In this document: one piece after another, positions 18,977-27,658 of the stretch
Position numbering within the stretch: the first letter of the stretch is position 1
Layout: every line of letters begins with the position of its first letter
The notes under the pieces: model-generated
Told to the model about the DNA's origin: nothing
What the model saw: only the letters and a program-made list of their open reading frames with translations
The model's database searches: none
Position numbers and translations under genes: made by a program
From: Nitrososphaerales archaeon
GTDB lineage: Archaea > Thermoproteota > Nitrososphaeria > Conexivisphaerales > UBA164
DNA: 64,000 bases
NCBI GenBank assembly: GCA_023256355.1
Contig: JAGDXJ010000021.1
Span: 1,255 to 65,254, forward strand
Direction of reading: 5' to 3'

Positions 18977-19891
18977 ATGAAGGTACTAGTTTGTGATCCG
19001 ATAGATGAAGAAGGTATAAATATGCTTAAAGAAAAAGGGTTTGTTGTAGATTACAAACCAAGTATAACGGCTCAAGAACTTAAAAGCTTAGTTTCAGAAT
19101 ATGATGCTTTATTGGTAAGGAGCAGGACTAAAGTTACAAAAGAAATAATTGAAGCTGGTAAAAATCTTAAGGCTATAGGCAGAGCTGGCGTAGGACTTGA
19201 CAATATAGATTTAGAAGCTGCGAAGGCAAAAGGTATAAAGGTAGTAAACGCTCCTGAGTCTTTAACTCAGTCAGTAGTAGAGTTAGTTATCGGCTTTATG
19301 ATAGCATTAAGCAGGTACATGTGCAGAGCAGATAAAACTATGAAAGAAGGTAAGTGGCTAAAAACTGAATTTCTTGGACATGAGCTAAAAGGTAAAACTC
19401 TTGGCGTTGTTGGATTCGGGAGAATCGGTAAGGGTGTAGCTAAGGTCGCTCAAACTCTGGGTATGAAGATATTGGTTTATGATGTAATTCCTGTAGACCA
19501 AAAAACTCTTATGGAATATGATGCAAAACAAGTAAGTTTAGAAGAAGTTTTAAAGGGTTCTGACTTTATTACGATCCACGTACCCGGTGGTCCACAAACT
19601 TATCACCTTATAGATTTATCAAAGCTTAAATCGATGAAGTCCAATGCTTTTATTATAAACACTTCTAGAGGTAATGTTATAAAAGAGGAAGATTTAGTAT
19701 ACGCGTTAAAGAACAAATTGATAGCAGGAGCAGCTTTAGATGTATTTGAAGTTGAACCACCAACTAATAAAGAGCTTTTAAGCTTAGATAATGTTATATT
19801 AACACCCCACATAGGCGGTGAAACAGTCGAAGCACAACGCTTGGCCGCAACTCTTACTGTATCTAGGTTAATAGAGGCGTTAGAGCAATGA
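18977..19891 (+). CDS. D-isomer-specific 2-hydroxyacid dehydrogenase (phosphoglycerate dehydrogenase-like, no ACT domain)
   Basis: [15 protein letters not shown] motif, SRG and TPHIGG catalytic-region motifs. Confidence 0.8.
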   Translation: MKVLVCDPIDEEGINMLKEKGFVVDYKPSITAQELKSLVSEYDALLVRSRTKVTKEIIEAGKNLKAIGRAGVGLDNIDLEAAKAKGIKVVNAPESLTQSVVELVIGFMIALSRYMCRADKTMKEGKWLKTEFLGHELKGKTLGVVGFGRIGKGVAKVAQTLGMKILVYDVIPVDQKTLMEYDAKQVSLEEVLKGSDFITIHVPGGPQTYHLIDLSKLKSMKSNAFIINTSRGNVIKEEDLVYALKNKLIAGAALDVFEVEPPTNKELLSLDNVILTPHIGGETVEAQRLAATLTVSRLIEALEQ

Positions 19892-20310
19892 AAAACATGT
19901 ACGATTATATAAATGAAACATGGAACAAATATTATAAAGAAAAGCCAGAAGAATACAAACAATACCTGATAAAGTGGAGAAGCGAGCCAAGAATTTTTAG
20001 AATAGAAAAACCAACTAGATTAGACAGAGCTAGATCTCTGGGTTATAAGGAAAAACAAGGCTACATAGTCGTGAGAGTTAGGGTCAGCAAAGGCGGAATG
20101 AAGATTCAAAGGCCATCTTCCGGAAGGAGACAAAAGCATGCAGGATCGAAGCTTATCTCAGGGCAAAAACCTAAAGAAGAAATTGCTTTGGAAAGAGCTC
20201 AAAAGAATTATGTCAATTTGAGACCACTAGGTTTGTATTACTTGGGAGAAGATGGTAAATACGTATGGTATGAAATAATTTTTTATGATCCGGCTATCGT
20301 TAAAAATTGA
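19888..20310 (+). CDS. rpl15e: 50S ribosomal protein L15e, C-terminally truncated relative to typical homologues
   Basis: YINETW...WRSEPRIFRIEKPTRLDRARSLGYKEKQGYIVVRVRV is classic L15e. The ORF ends at ...YDPAIVKN, where homologues continue DPxxxW...RGLTSAGKK. Confidence 0.8.
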   Translation: MKNMYDYINETWNKYYKEKPEEYKQYLIKWRSEPRIFRIEKPTRLDRARSLGYKEKQGYIVVRVRVSKGGMKIQRPSSGRRQKHAGSKLISGQKPKEEIALERAQKNYVNLRPLGLYYLGEDGKYVWYEIIFYDPAIVKN

Positions 20311-20885
20311 CACACGAGGAAAGGATCAAGAAGCTAATAAAAGATATTTATATATCGAAAATTACTGGCACTGAATTTTCGTTAAACAATGAAGATAAAG
20401 ATCTTCTATTAAAAAATAAATTAATAGATAACGATGGTAATTTAACAAATGAAGGACGAGAAAAAATAAAGGTTGTCTTGGCTGGTGGAGTTTTTGACAT
20501 AATTCATCCGGGGCACGTTTATTTTTTAAAAAAAGCTAAAGAATTGGGAGACATTCTTGTAGTTGTTGTAGCAAGAGATGTTAATGTTTTAAGGTTTAAG
20601 GGTGTTAAGCCTATACATTCTGAAAACCTTCGTGCAGAACTTGTAGGAGCTATAAGATATGTGGATGTGTCAATACTAGGTGATGAAAACGACCTTATGA
20701 AAACTGTGGAAAGGGTTAAACCAGACATAGTTGCGCTCGGTTATGATCAGGTTCACGATGAAAAATGGATAAATCTTGAAGCTAAAAAAAGAGGTATAAT
20801 GTTACAGATTGTGCGTTTAGATTCACCTTATCCTAACATAAAAAGCAGAAATATAAAGAATGATCCTAGATTCGGATGGTTTTAA
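20307..20885 (+). CDS. ribL: FAD synthase RibL-type cytidylyltransferase-fold nucleotidyltransferase with an N-terminal extension
   Basis: VLAGGVFDIIHPGHVYFLKKAKELGD...VVVARD matches the (T/H)xGH nucleotidyltransferase / archaeal RibL pattern. The C-terminus ends in IKNDPRFGWF. TTG start overlaps the rpl15e stop. Confidence 0.7.
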   Translation: MTHEERIKKLIKDIYISKITGTEFSLNNEDKDLLLKNKLIDNDGNLTNEGREKIKVVLAGGVFDIIHPGHVYFLKKAKELGDILVVVVARDVNVLRFKGVKPIHSENLRAELVGAIRYVDVSILGDENDLMKTVERVKPDIVALGYDQVHDEKWINLEAKKRGIMLQIVRLDSPYPNIKSRNIKNDPRFGWF

Positions 20886-21052
20886 TGTTTATCTCTATTT
20901 ATGTTATGTAAGATTATTAGGATAAATATAAAACGTAATTCATTTTGTTTCTTATGTGTATTAACGTAATTTTGAAGAAAAAACTAAAACAGAAAATAGG
21001 TACAAGTAATCTTACAAAGAATTTATAAACGTTCAGGTTTTAAATTTAATTT

Positions 21053-21727
21053 ATGAAACAAGTAAAGATCAGGTGGTTAGGTCATGCAGCTTTTGAAATA
21101 CAAGGACAGGATATTGATATTCTGATAGATCCTTGGCTTACAAACCCTCTTTCTCCAGTTAGGCCAGAAGAAGTCAAGCCTGATTATATCGTTGTAACGC
21201 ATGACCATAATGATCATCTGGGCGAAGCCATAGAAATATCAAAAAGGACAGGCGCTCCCATAATAAGCGTTTATGAACTCGCTAATTATATAAACGAAAA
21301 GGGAGGAAAATCCATAGGGATGAACATAGGCGGTCCTGCAGTTTTAAAAAACGATCTATACGTATACCTTACACAAGCGTTTCATAGCTCTACACATGGC
21401 TCTCCGACGGGAGCAATAATTTACATAAACGGCTTAAGTATCTATCATGCAGGTGATACAGGATTGTTTGGAGATATGAAACTAATTGGGGAAGTTTACA
21501 GTCCGGATGTTGCGCTTCTTCCGATTGGAGGTTTCTTTACAATGAATCCTGAACAGGCGGCAATAGCTGTTCAGTTAATTTCACCCAGATATGCCATACC
21601 AATGCATTATAACACTTTTGATATAATCAAGCAAGATCCTTACGTTTTTTCCGAGAAAGTAAAGAAACTTCGGCCTTCTACTGAAGTTTTAGTATTAAAA
21701 CCAGGTGAGTCAAGGGATTTAAGTTGA
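21053..21727 (+). CDS. UPF0173-type metal-dependent hydrolase (metallo-beta-lactamase fold)
   Basis: WLGHAAF...VTHDHNDH motif, about 224 aa. Confidence 0.75.
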   Translation: MKQVKIRWLGHAAFEIQGQDIDILIDPWLTNPLSPVRPEEVKPDYIVVTHDHNDHLGEAIEISKRTGAPIISVYELANYINEKGGKSIGMNIGGPAVLKNDLYVYLTQAFHSSTHGSPTGAIIYINGLSIYHAGDTGLFGDMKLIGEVYSPDVALLPIGGFFTMNPEQAAIAVQLISPRYAIPMHYNTFDIIKQDPYVFSEKVKKLRPSTEVLVLKPGESRDLS

Positions 21728-22446
21728 CCGAGCTCTTATATCTACAGGACTGCTATATAAAAGATTTTACAGCAAAAGTTCTAGAAGATTTTGGGGATTC
21801 TGTAGTTCTTGACAGAACTGCCTTTTACCCGGGTGGGGGTGGGCAGCCTAATGATGAGGGTTGGTTTCTGTTAGATAACTTGACAAAATATGAAGTAAAA
21901 AAAGTAGAAAAAAGAGAAGACGTTGTGTTACATTATATAAACAAAGAAAAATCTTTGAACATTGTAGGAAAAAGTATCAAAGGTCTATTGGACTGGGATA
22001 AAAGATACACGTACATGAGATATCATACAGCTATACACCTGCTGGATGCTTTGATGAGAAAAAATTTCGGTAAAGCGTTCCTGACGGGTGGACAGATATA
22101 CGCTGATAAAGCGAGAGTTGACGTTGATTATCCTGATTTGAACAAAAACATGATGCAGCAAATTGAATATATGGTAAACAGCGAAATAAAAAACGGTCGC
22201 GAAGTGATTATAAAATTTTTATCTAAAAAAGAGGCAGAAAGCATTCCTGATATAGCAAGAACCAAGCCAGGACAGGAGCTTCTTAAAAAACTTGAAACTG
22301 TCAGAGTTGTAGAAATTGTTGGTCTAGACGTTCAGATGGATGGGGGAACCCATGTTAAAAACATAAAAGAAATAGGTGGTATAAGGATAACTAATTTTGA
22401 AAACAAAGGTTCACATAACAAGAGAATAGAATTTGTTCTTAAATAA
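21724..22446 (+). CDS. alaX: Alanyl-tRNA editing protein AlaX
   Basis: HTAIHLL and GGTHV zinc/editing motifs of the AlaRS second additional domain. Confidence 0.8.
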   Translation: MTELLYLQDCYIKDFTAKVLEDFGDSVVLDRTAFYPGGGGQPNDEGWFLLDNLTKYEVKKVEKREDVVLHYINKEKSLNIVGKSIKGLLDWDKRYTYMRYHTAIHLLDALMRKNFGKAFLTGGQIYADKARVDVDYPDLNKNMMQQIEYMVNSEIKNGREVIIKFLSKKEAESIPDIARTKPGQELLKKLETVRVVEIVGLDVQMDGGTHVKNIKEIGGIRITNFENKGSHNKRIEFVLK

Positions 22447-22523
22447 TATCGCCATTATTTTTCACATCATGTCATATGAATTTAACCTAACATTTTTTAA
22501 GATGCTATGAGCAATAAATCGCA

Positions 22524-22811
22524 TTGAAAATAAGAGATCTATCAATTGGAAGCGCGAGAGTCAAGGTAGAGGGAAAAGTAGTAAATAAATCTGAACCTAA
22601 GACCGTAAAACTGTGGGATGGTAGAAATGCAAACGTAGCAGACGCTCTTTTAGAAGATGGAAGCGGAAGTATAATACTAAGTTTATGGAATGAGCAAATA
22701 GAGATGGTAGACATAGGTGATAAAGTACAGATCGTTAACGGCTACGTGAGCAACTTTAAAAAGGAAAAAAGACTTAATCTAGGACGGTACGGTAAGATAA
22801 TAAAAGTTTAA
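22524..22811 (+). CDS. Single OB-fold ssDNA-binding protein (crenarchaeal SSB-like core without a C-terminal tail)
   Basis: Pattern V.VEGKV...ADALLEDGSGSIILSLWNEQ...GDKVQIVNGY parallels the Sulfolobus SSB OB core. TTG start. Confidence 0.55.
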   Translation: MKIRDLSIGSARVKVEGKVVNKSEPKTVKLWDGRNANVADALLEDGSGSIILSLWNEQIEMVDIGDKVQIVNGYVSNFKKEKRLNLGRYGKIIKV

Positions 22812-23830
22812 AACTTTAAAAGAATCTTACCTATGTGATTTCTTTTTTCCATTCTTATCTGAGCTTTATCGACATCATCAATCGGAAAAACGCTGTCTAT
22901 AAGAGGTTTAATCCTTCCTTGTGAAACTAGATTTAAAAGATCTAGAAGGTCCTTCCGTGTTCCGAGATAAACTCCAATCATATCTATATTGTTTGCATAA
23001 AGTAGTCGGAGATTCATCTGTATTTCTGACCCAGTAGTCATCGCCATGTTAATTATTTTGCCTCCTTTCCTTACCAGTTTTAAAGCCATAGATGTGTAAG
23101 CTCCGCCCAGGGCGTCAAAAACGGCATCTACGCCATAATTATCAGTTAGCTTTAACACGTTTTCTGATAGCTTATCATCCGGTTTTATTACTTCATCGGC
23201 TCCTAGTTTTTTAAGTATTTCAGCTTTCCACTCATAAGATGTAGTAGTTATTACTTTCATACCAGTAGCTTTAGCTGTTTGAAGTGCAGCTACACCCGCT
23301 CCTCCGCTTCCACCTAAGATTAAGACAACCGAGCTAGGCTCTAATTTTGCTCGTTTTATTAATCCATGATATGCTGTTGTATAAGCAACCGGCAAAGCAG
23401 AAGCATATTCTAGCGACACGTTTTCGGGTAATTTAAGAACGTTTTTTGCTGGAACACTTACAAAATCAGCGAAAAATCCATCTTCATGCACTCCATAAAT
23501 ACCTCTATAAAAGCAGCTGTTCTCATAGCCATTCAAACAGTTTTTACAAAAACCGCAGAATTTCATTGGATATAAAATCACTTTATCACCCTTTTTGAAA
23601 ATGCTGTCTGAGGGGTCTTCTATATAACCTGAAAGATCAGAGCCAAAGACTCTTGGAAAAGGTTGTCCAGGCAGATCCATTCTCCCCCATATATCTACAT
23701 GGTTCACAGAACCGAAAGCAGCTTTTACTAATACTCTACCGGGTTCGCTTTTTGGAACCTCTTTTTCTATTTTTTTTATGACTTCAATTCCTCCCGGTTT
23801 TTCATATACGAATTCTTTCATATTTATCAC
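22808..23830 (-). CDS. Zinc-type alcohol dehydrogenase / quinone oxidoreductase (MDR family)
   Basis: GxGGAG NAD-binding motif (LGGSGGAGVAA) and Cys cluster CGFCKNC (structural zinc). Confidence 0.8.
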   Translation of the reverse strand: MINMKEFVYEKPGGIEVIKKIEKEVPKSEPGRVLVKAAFGSVNHVDIWGRMDLPGQPFPRVFGSDLSGYIEDPSDSIFKKGDKVILYPMKFCGFCKNCLNGYENSCFYRGIYGVHEDGFFADFVSVPAKNVLKLPENVSLEYASALPVAYTTAYHGLIKRAKLEPSSVVLILGGSGGAGVAALQTAKATGMKVITTTSYEWKAEILKKLGADEVIKPDDKLSENVLKLTDNYGVDAVFDALGGAYTSMALKLVRKGGKIINMAMTTGSEIQMNLRLLYANNIDMIGVYLGTRKDLLDLLNLVSQGRIKPLIDSVFPIDDVDKAQIRMEKRNHIGKILLKF

Positions 23831-23886
23831 TTAAAAACTTATGGAATTATTATAATTTAAATATACCTAAAATAAAAAGTTAAGCG

Positions 23887-25023
23887 ATGAAATATTCAGT
23901 TCCGGCTCGGTTATTAGAGCTTGAAGAATCTGCTACTTTAAAGGCTTCTGAAAAAGCTAACGAAATGATTTCAAAAGGAATAAAAGTGTTCAAGCTAGAT
24001 GTTGGTGAGCCTGATTTTCAGACTCCTAAAAAGATAATCGACGCCGCTTATAACGCTATGTTAAAAGGTTTTACTCATTACGCTCCATCATCCGGCATTC
24101 CTCAGCTAAGGCAAGCTATAGCTGAAAAGTATTCAGTAACCCAGTCAAATGTAATGGTTACTCCAGGCTCCAAGCAAGGAATATTTTATGCGCTGTATTC
24201 AATAATAAATCCTGGAGAAGAAGTTTTATTACTCAACCCTTCTTGGTCAAGCTATAAACAGATAATTAAGTTATCAGGAGGCGTGCCTGTAGAGATAGAT
24301 ACCGATGAAAACTTTACTCCAGATATAGACCTTATAAAAAAGAAAATATCTAAAAAAACAAAGGCAATAATAGTCAATTCTCCAAACAATCCCACAGGTG
24401 CCGTTTATGGAAATAAAACTATAAAAGACCTCTCTCAGTTGGCTATAGAAAACGGATTATTCATTATAAGTGACGAAATATACGACAGGCTTGTTTATGA
24501 GAGTGAGTTTGTTTCATTCAGAAAATATATGAAATATGAAGATGGGTTGATTTTGGTTAACGGATTTAGCAAAGCCTATGCTATGACAGGCTGGAGGCTT
24601 GGGTACATAATAACCTCTCCAGAAATAATTAAGCAGATGGCCAAACTGCAGGGACACACAGCGACATCTCCTACAACATTTGCACAAGTAGCTGCAGTAA
24701 CTGCACTTAAAGAATGTGAAGAAGATGTCAGGTCTATGGTTGACGAGTTTGCTGAAAGAAGAAAAATAATAATAGAGATGCTTGATAAAAAAGGCTTAAA
24801 ATATGTTAGGCCAGAAGGCGCATTTTACTTTTTTATAGATTTAGGGAATTACATAAAAAATGCAGACCCTGCCGAGTACCTCTTAGAAAAGGCAAAGGTA
24901 AGCGTCACAAGCGGTCTGGGCTTTGGTGATAATTATTCATCATATGTAAGAATTTCCTACGCAACTTCCAGAGAAACTATTATTTCTGGGATTGAAAATA
25001 TATTTAACGCAATTGGAATTTAA
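23887..25023 (+). CDS. Class I pyridoxal-phosphate aminotransferase (aspartate aminotransferase-like)
   Basis: NSPNNPTG and SKAYAMTGWRLGY (PLP lysine) motifs. Confidence 0.85.
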   Translation: MKYSVPARLLELEESATLKASEKANEMISKGIKVFKLDVGEPDFQTPKKIIDAAYNAMLKGFTHYAPSSGIPQLRQAIAEKYSVTQSNVMVTPGSKQGIFYALYSIINPGEEVLLLNPSWSSYKQIIKLSGGVPVEIDTDENFTPDIDLIKKKISKKTKAIIVNSPNNPTGAVYGNKTIKDLSQLAIENGLFIISDEIYDRLVYESEFVSFRKYMKYEDGLILVNGFSKAYAMTGWRLGYIITSPEIIKQMAKLQGHTATSPTTFAQVAAVTALKECEEDVRSMVDEFAERRKIIIEMLDKKGLKYVRPEGAFYFFIDLGNYIKNADPAEYLLEKAKVSVTSGLGFGDNYSSYVRISYATSRETIISGIENIFNAIGI

Positions 25024-25540
25024 CTTTGTTGCAACTACATATAGGAATTCAAGGCATGAGCTTGAACATGAATTAAAAGCGCTTCTGAAAGATTTTGAAC
25101 CAATTGTATTTTTTCCCTTAAAATTAAACAGTGTTTCTTACGGAAAGCTAAACGGAGATCCTATAAGGGCTTCAGAAATCCTGTGGAATTTAGCCTATTC
25201 AGATCCATGGAAAGTAAGAAGAACTCTAAGGTTTGTTCCTTTGGAAATCAACTGTGACGTTGATGCTATCGAACTAAAGAAGATGGCAAAAGAAATAGCG
25301 GAAAAAATACCAGCAGGTTCAAGTTACAAAATAGAGGCCGAGCTCAGATTTTCTGATCTAAATCGCAATGAACTCATTAAAATTATAGCTGAAGAAATAC
25401 AAAGAAAAGTAAATTTGGAAAAGCCTGAATACATAGTTGAAGTTCAGATTATAAATAAAAGTTGCGGAATGGCTTTGCTAAAAGAAAACATGATTTTTAA
25501 GAGTCTTGAAGCTAAGCTTGCTGGCAGCAATTTTCCTTGA
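24992..25540 (+). CDS. THUMP-domain RNA-binding protein
   Basis: Size and pattern of small archaeal THUMP proteins (FVATTYRN...E.EL N-terminus). The start is more likely the in-frame TTG at 25013. Confidence 0.5.
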   Translation: MKIYLTQLEFNFVATTYRNSRHELEHELKALLKDFEPIVFFPLKLNSVSYGKLNGDPIRASEILWNLAYSDPWKVRRTLRFVPLEINCDVDAIELKKMAKEIAEKIPAGSSYKIEAELRFSDLNRNELIKIIAEEIQRKVNLEKPEYIVEVQIINKSCGMALLKENMIFKSLEAKLAGSNFP

Positions 25541-25600
25541 TTATTTTTAAAATAAAAATGCTAAAGGGTTTTTATATGGCTATTTATAATCAATTTTTGA

Positions 25601-26050
25601 ATGTCTGAAGAAGATCGCGCTTTCGATGAGTTAACCGAGAATCTAGATTATTACACTAGAACAGAAAAGGGAAAACAACAGCTTCTGGAAGAACATAAAA
25701 AACGGGAAAAAAGGTTCATCGAAGAGCTACTGAAGTATTACAAACCTCAGAGAGATGTGATATGGATGAGCTCATACTGTAAAAATTGCATATATTTTGT
25801 AAAAAAGGGTAGCGCTATAGCGAAATGTGAATATAACGATAGCAAACTTGTTAAACCGTTTTACGGCACCGCTGTATGGAAAATAGTAAAAGACTTTGTA
25901 AGTGGGAGATCTTCTTTTGAAGTAGAAGAAATAAAATGGGATCAGAAATGGATAGATGTTGCGAACGAAGAGATAGAAAATGCTATGCTTAAAATAAACG
26001 AAGGCAAACCTTATAGTTGTTATGTACCAAAAAGATCATCTGAAGCTTAA
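25601..26050 (+). CDS. Hypothetical protein with Cys motif (CKNC...C...C)
   Basis: ORF only, sitting directly upstream of the secretion-type ATPase. Confidence 0.4.
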   Translation: MSEEDRAFDELTENLDYYTRTEKGKQQLLEEHKKREKRFIEELLKYYKPQRDVIWMSSYCKNCIYFVKKGSAIAKCEYNDSKLVKPFYGTAVWKIVKDFVSGRSSFEVEEIKWDQKWIDVANEEIENAMLKINEGKPYSCYVPKRSSEA

Positions 26051-26059
26051 AAAAGTTTA

Positions 26060-27658
26060 ATGTTTAAGCTTATAAATAAGAAAAGCCTATTTTTAAATAA
26101 TAAGCTAATGTTTTGGAAAAAAAAGACGGAAAATAAGCAGGAAAATGAGGAAAAAGAACCAGAATATACTGTACAGTTTGTAGATCTAAAAAAGATAGAA
26201 ATTTTAGGAAACGTTTTCGTAGGCATAGCTGTTGATGAACGCGGAAATTATGTTTACTATGTTTTGGAGCCTACTTTAAATCATACAGAAATAAAGCTAA
26301 TAGAAGATATTAAAAAATATTTGTTTGAGAAAGTTTCTTTCAATATTAACGAACCTCCGGAACAGATATGGGGAAGGATGAAAAGGCTCATCGATAACAG
26401 GCTCAAAGAACTGAAAATGATTGATAAAAGTGAAAAGGTTTACTATTATATAAAACGCGATTTGTTAGGTTACGGGAAGATAGACGTTATGCTTCATGAT
26501 GAGGAAATAGAAGATATCTCCTGTAACGGTCCAAACATTCCTGTTTATGTATGGCATCGATTTTACGAAAGCCTTCCAAGCAACGTTGTTTTTTCAAGCA
26601 AAGATGAGCTTGATTCATTCGTATTAAAACTTGCTTATAAAAGCGGAAGAACATTAAGTTTTTCTAACCCCATGGTTGATGCAACTCTTCCTGAGGGGCA
26701 CAGAATACAGATAACATTAGGTGGAGAAGTAACAGGCAGAGGGACAAATTTTACGATAAGAAAGTTTAGGACGGATCCTATAACAATCATAGATCTAATC
26801 AACTTTAAAACTTTAAACGCAAAGTTAGCAGCATACTTATGGATAGCTATAGAGCATAATATGTCTTTACTATTAGCAGGTGGTACAGCTAGCGGAAAAA
26901 CAACCACGCTTAATGCATTGACCGTTTTTATACCAATAAATTATAAGGTAATTACTATTGAGGACACAAGAGAACTTAACCTTTATCGTCAGAACTGGAT
27001 AGCATCTGTTTCGAGGGATGTACAGACCGACTTTGTAAAAAACATAAGTTTGTTTGACCTTTTAAAGGAAGCGCTAAGACAAAGACCGGATGTAATAATA
27101 GTAGGAGAAGTCAGGGGAGAAGAAGCTTATACTTTACTGCAGGCTATAGCCACAGGCCATGGTGGCTTATCATCGATACACGCTGAAACAATAGAAGCCG
27201 TAATAGAAAGGCTATCTACAAGACCCATGAACATACCTAAGGACTTTATTGCGAGCACTTTAAACATGATAGGGTTACAGCTTAGGTTAAGTGTTGAAAA
27301 AAAAGTAACCAGAAGAATGATCGAGCTAGCAGAGATAGTTGGTTATGATAGCAACACAGGAAAAATTCTGTTAAAGGATTCATTTAAATGGGATCCAGCG
27401 ACAGATGAAATAAAATACACTGGTGAAAGCAGGATTGCTGAATTGCTAGAGCAAAGGTACGGCATAAGCAGACAAGATTTTGAAAAAGAGCTTCATAGAA
27501 GAGAAACTTACCTAAAATGGCTAGCTCTTAAAGGGATAAGAAGGATCGATAATCTATTAGAAATGATAAACAATTACAGAAAATCTCCAGAAGAAAGCTA
27601 CTATCTAGCGCTTAGCGAGCTTGGTTCGTTTACTAAACCAGAAAATCAACTAGTTTAA
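26060..27658 (+). CDS. Archaeal type II/IV secretion-system ATPase (FlaI/ArlI / VirB11 / PilB family)
   Basis: YYVLEP N-domain motif, Walker A GGTASGKTT, Walker B/Asp box IIVGEVRGEEA, His box GHGGLSSIHA. Confidence 0.85.
   Translation: MFKLINKKSLFLNNKLMFWKKKTENKQENEEKEPEYTVQFVDLKKIEILGNVFVGIAVDERGNYVYYVLEPTLNHTEIKLIEDIKKYLFEKVSFNINEPPEQIWGRMKRLIDNRLKELKMIDKSEKVYYYIKRDLLGYGKIDVMLHDEEIEDISCNGPNIPVYVWHRFYESLPSNVVFSSKDELDSFVLKLAYKSGRTLSFSNPMVDATLPEGHRIQITLGGEVTGRGTNFTIRKFRTDPITIIDLINFKTLNAKLAAYLWIAIEHNMSLLLAGGTASGKTTTLNALTVFIPINYKVITIEDTRELNLYRQNWIASVSRDVQTDFVKNISLFDLLKEALRQRPDVIIVGEVRGEEAYTLLQAIATGHGGLSSIHAETIEAVIERLSTRPMNIPKDFIASTLNMIGLQLRLSVEKKVTRRMIELAEIVGYDSNTGKILLKDSFKWDPATDEIKYTGESRIAELLEQRYGISRQDFEKELHRRETYLKWLALKGIRRIDNLLEMINNYRKSPEESYYLALSELGSFTKPENQLV

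Noticed and set aside
20295-20870. The ribL segment as a bulge-helix-bulge intron or intein-like insertion spliced out of rpl15e.
   Set aside because: The two junction sequences are not complementary, so no BHB helix can be drawn. ribL is in a different frame with its own start, and no intein splicing motifs are present.
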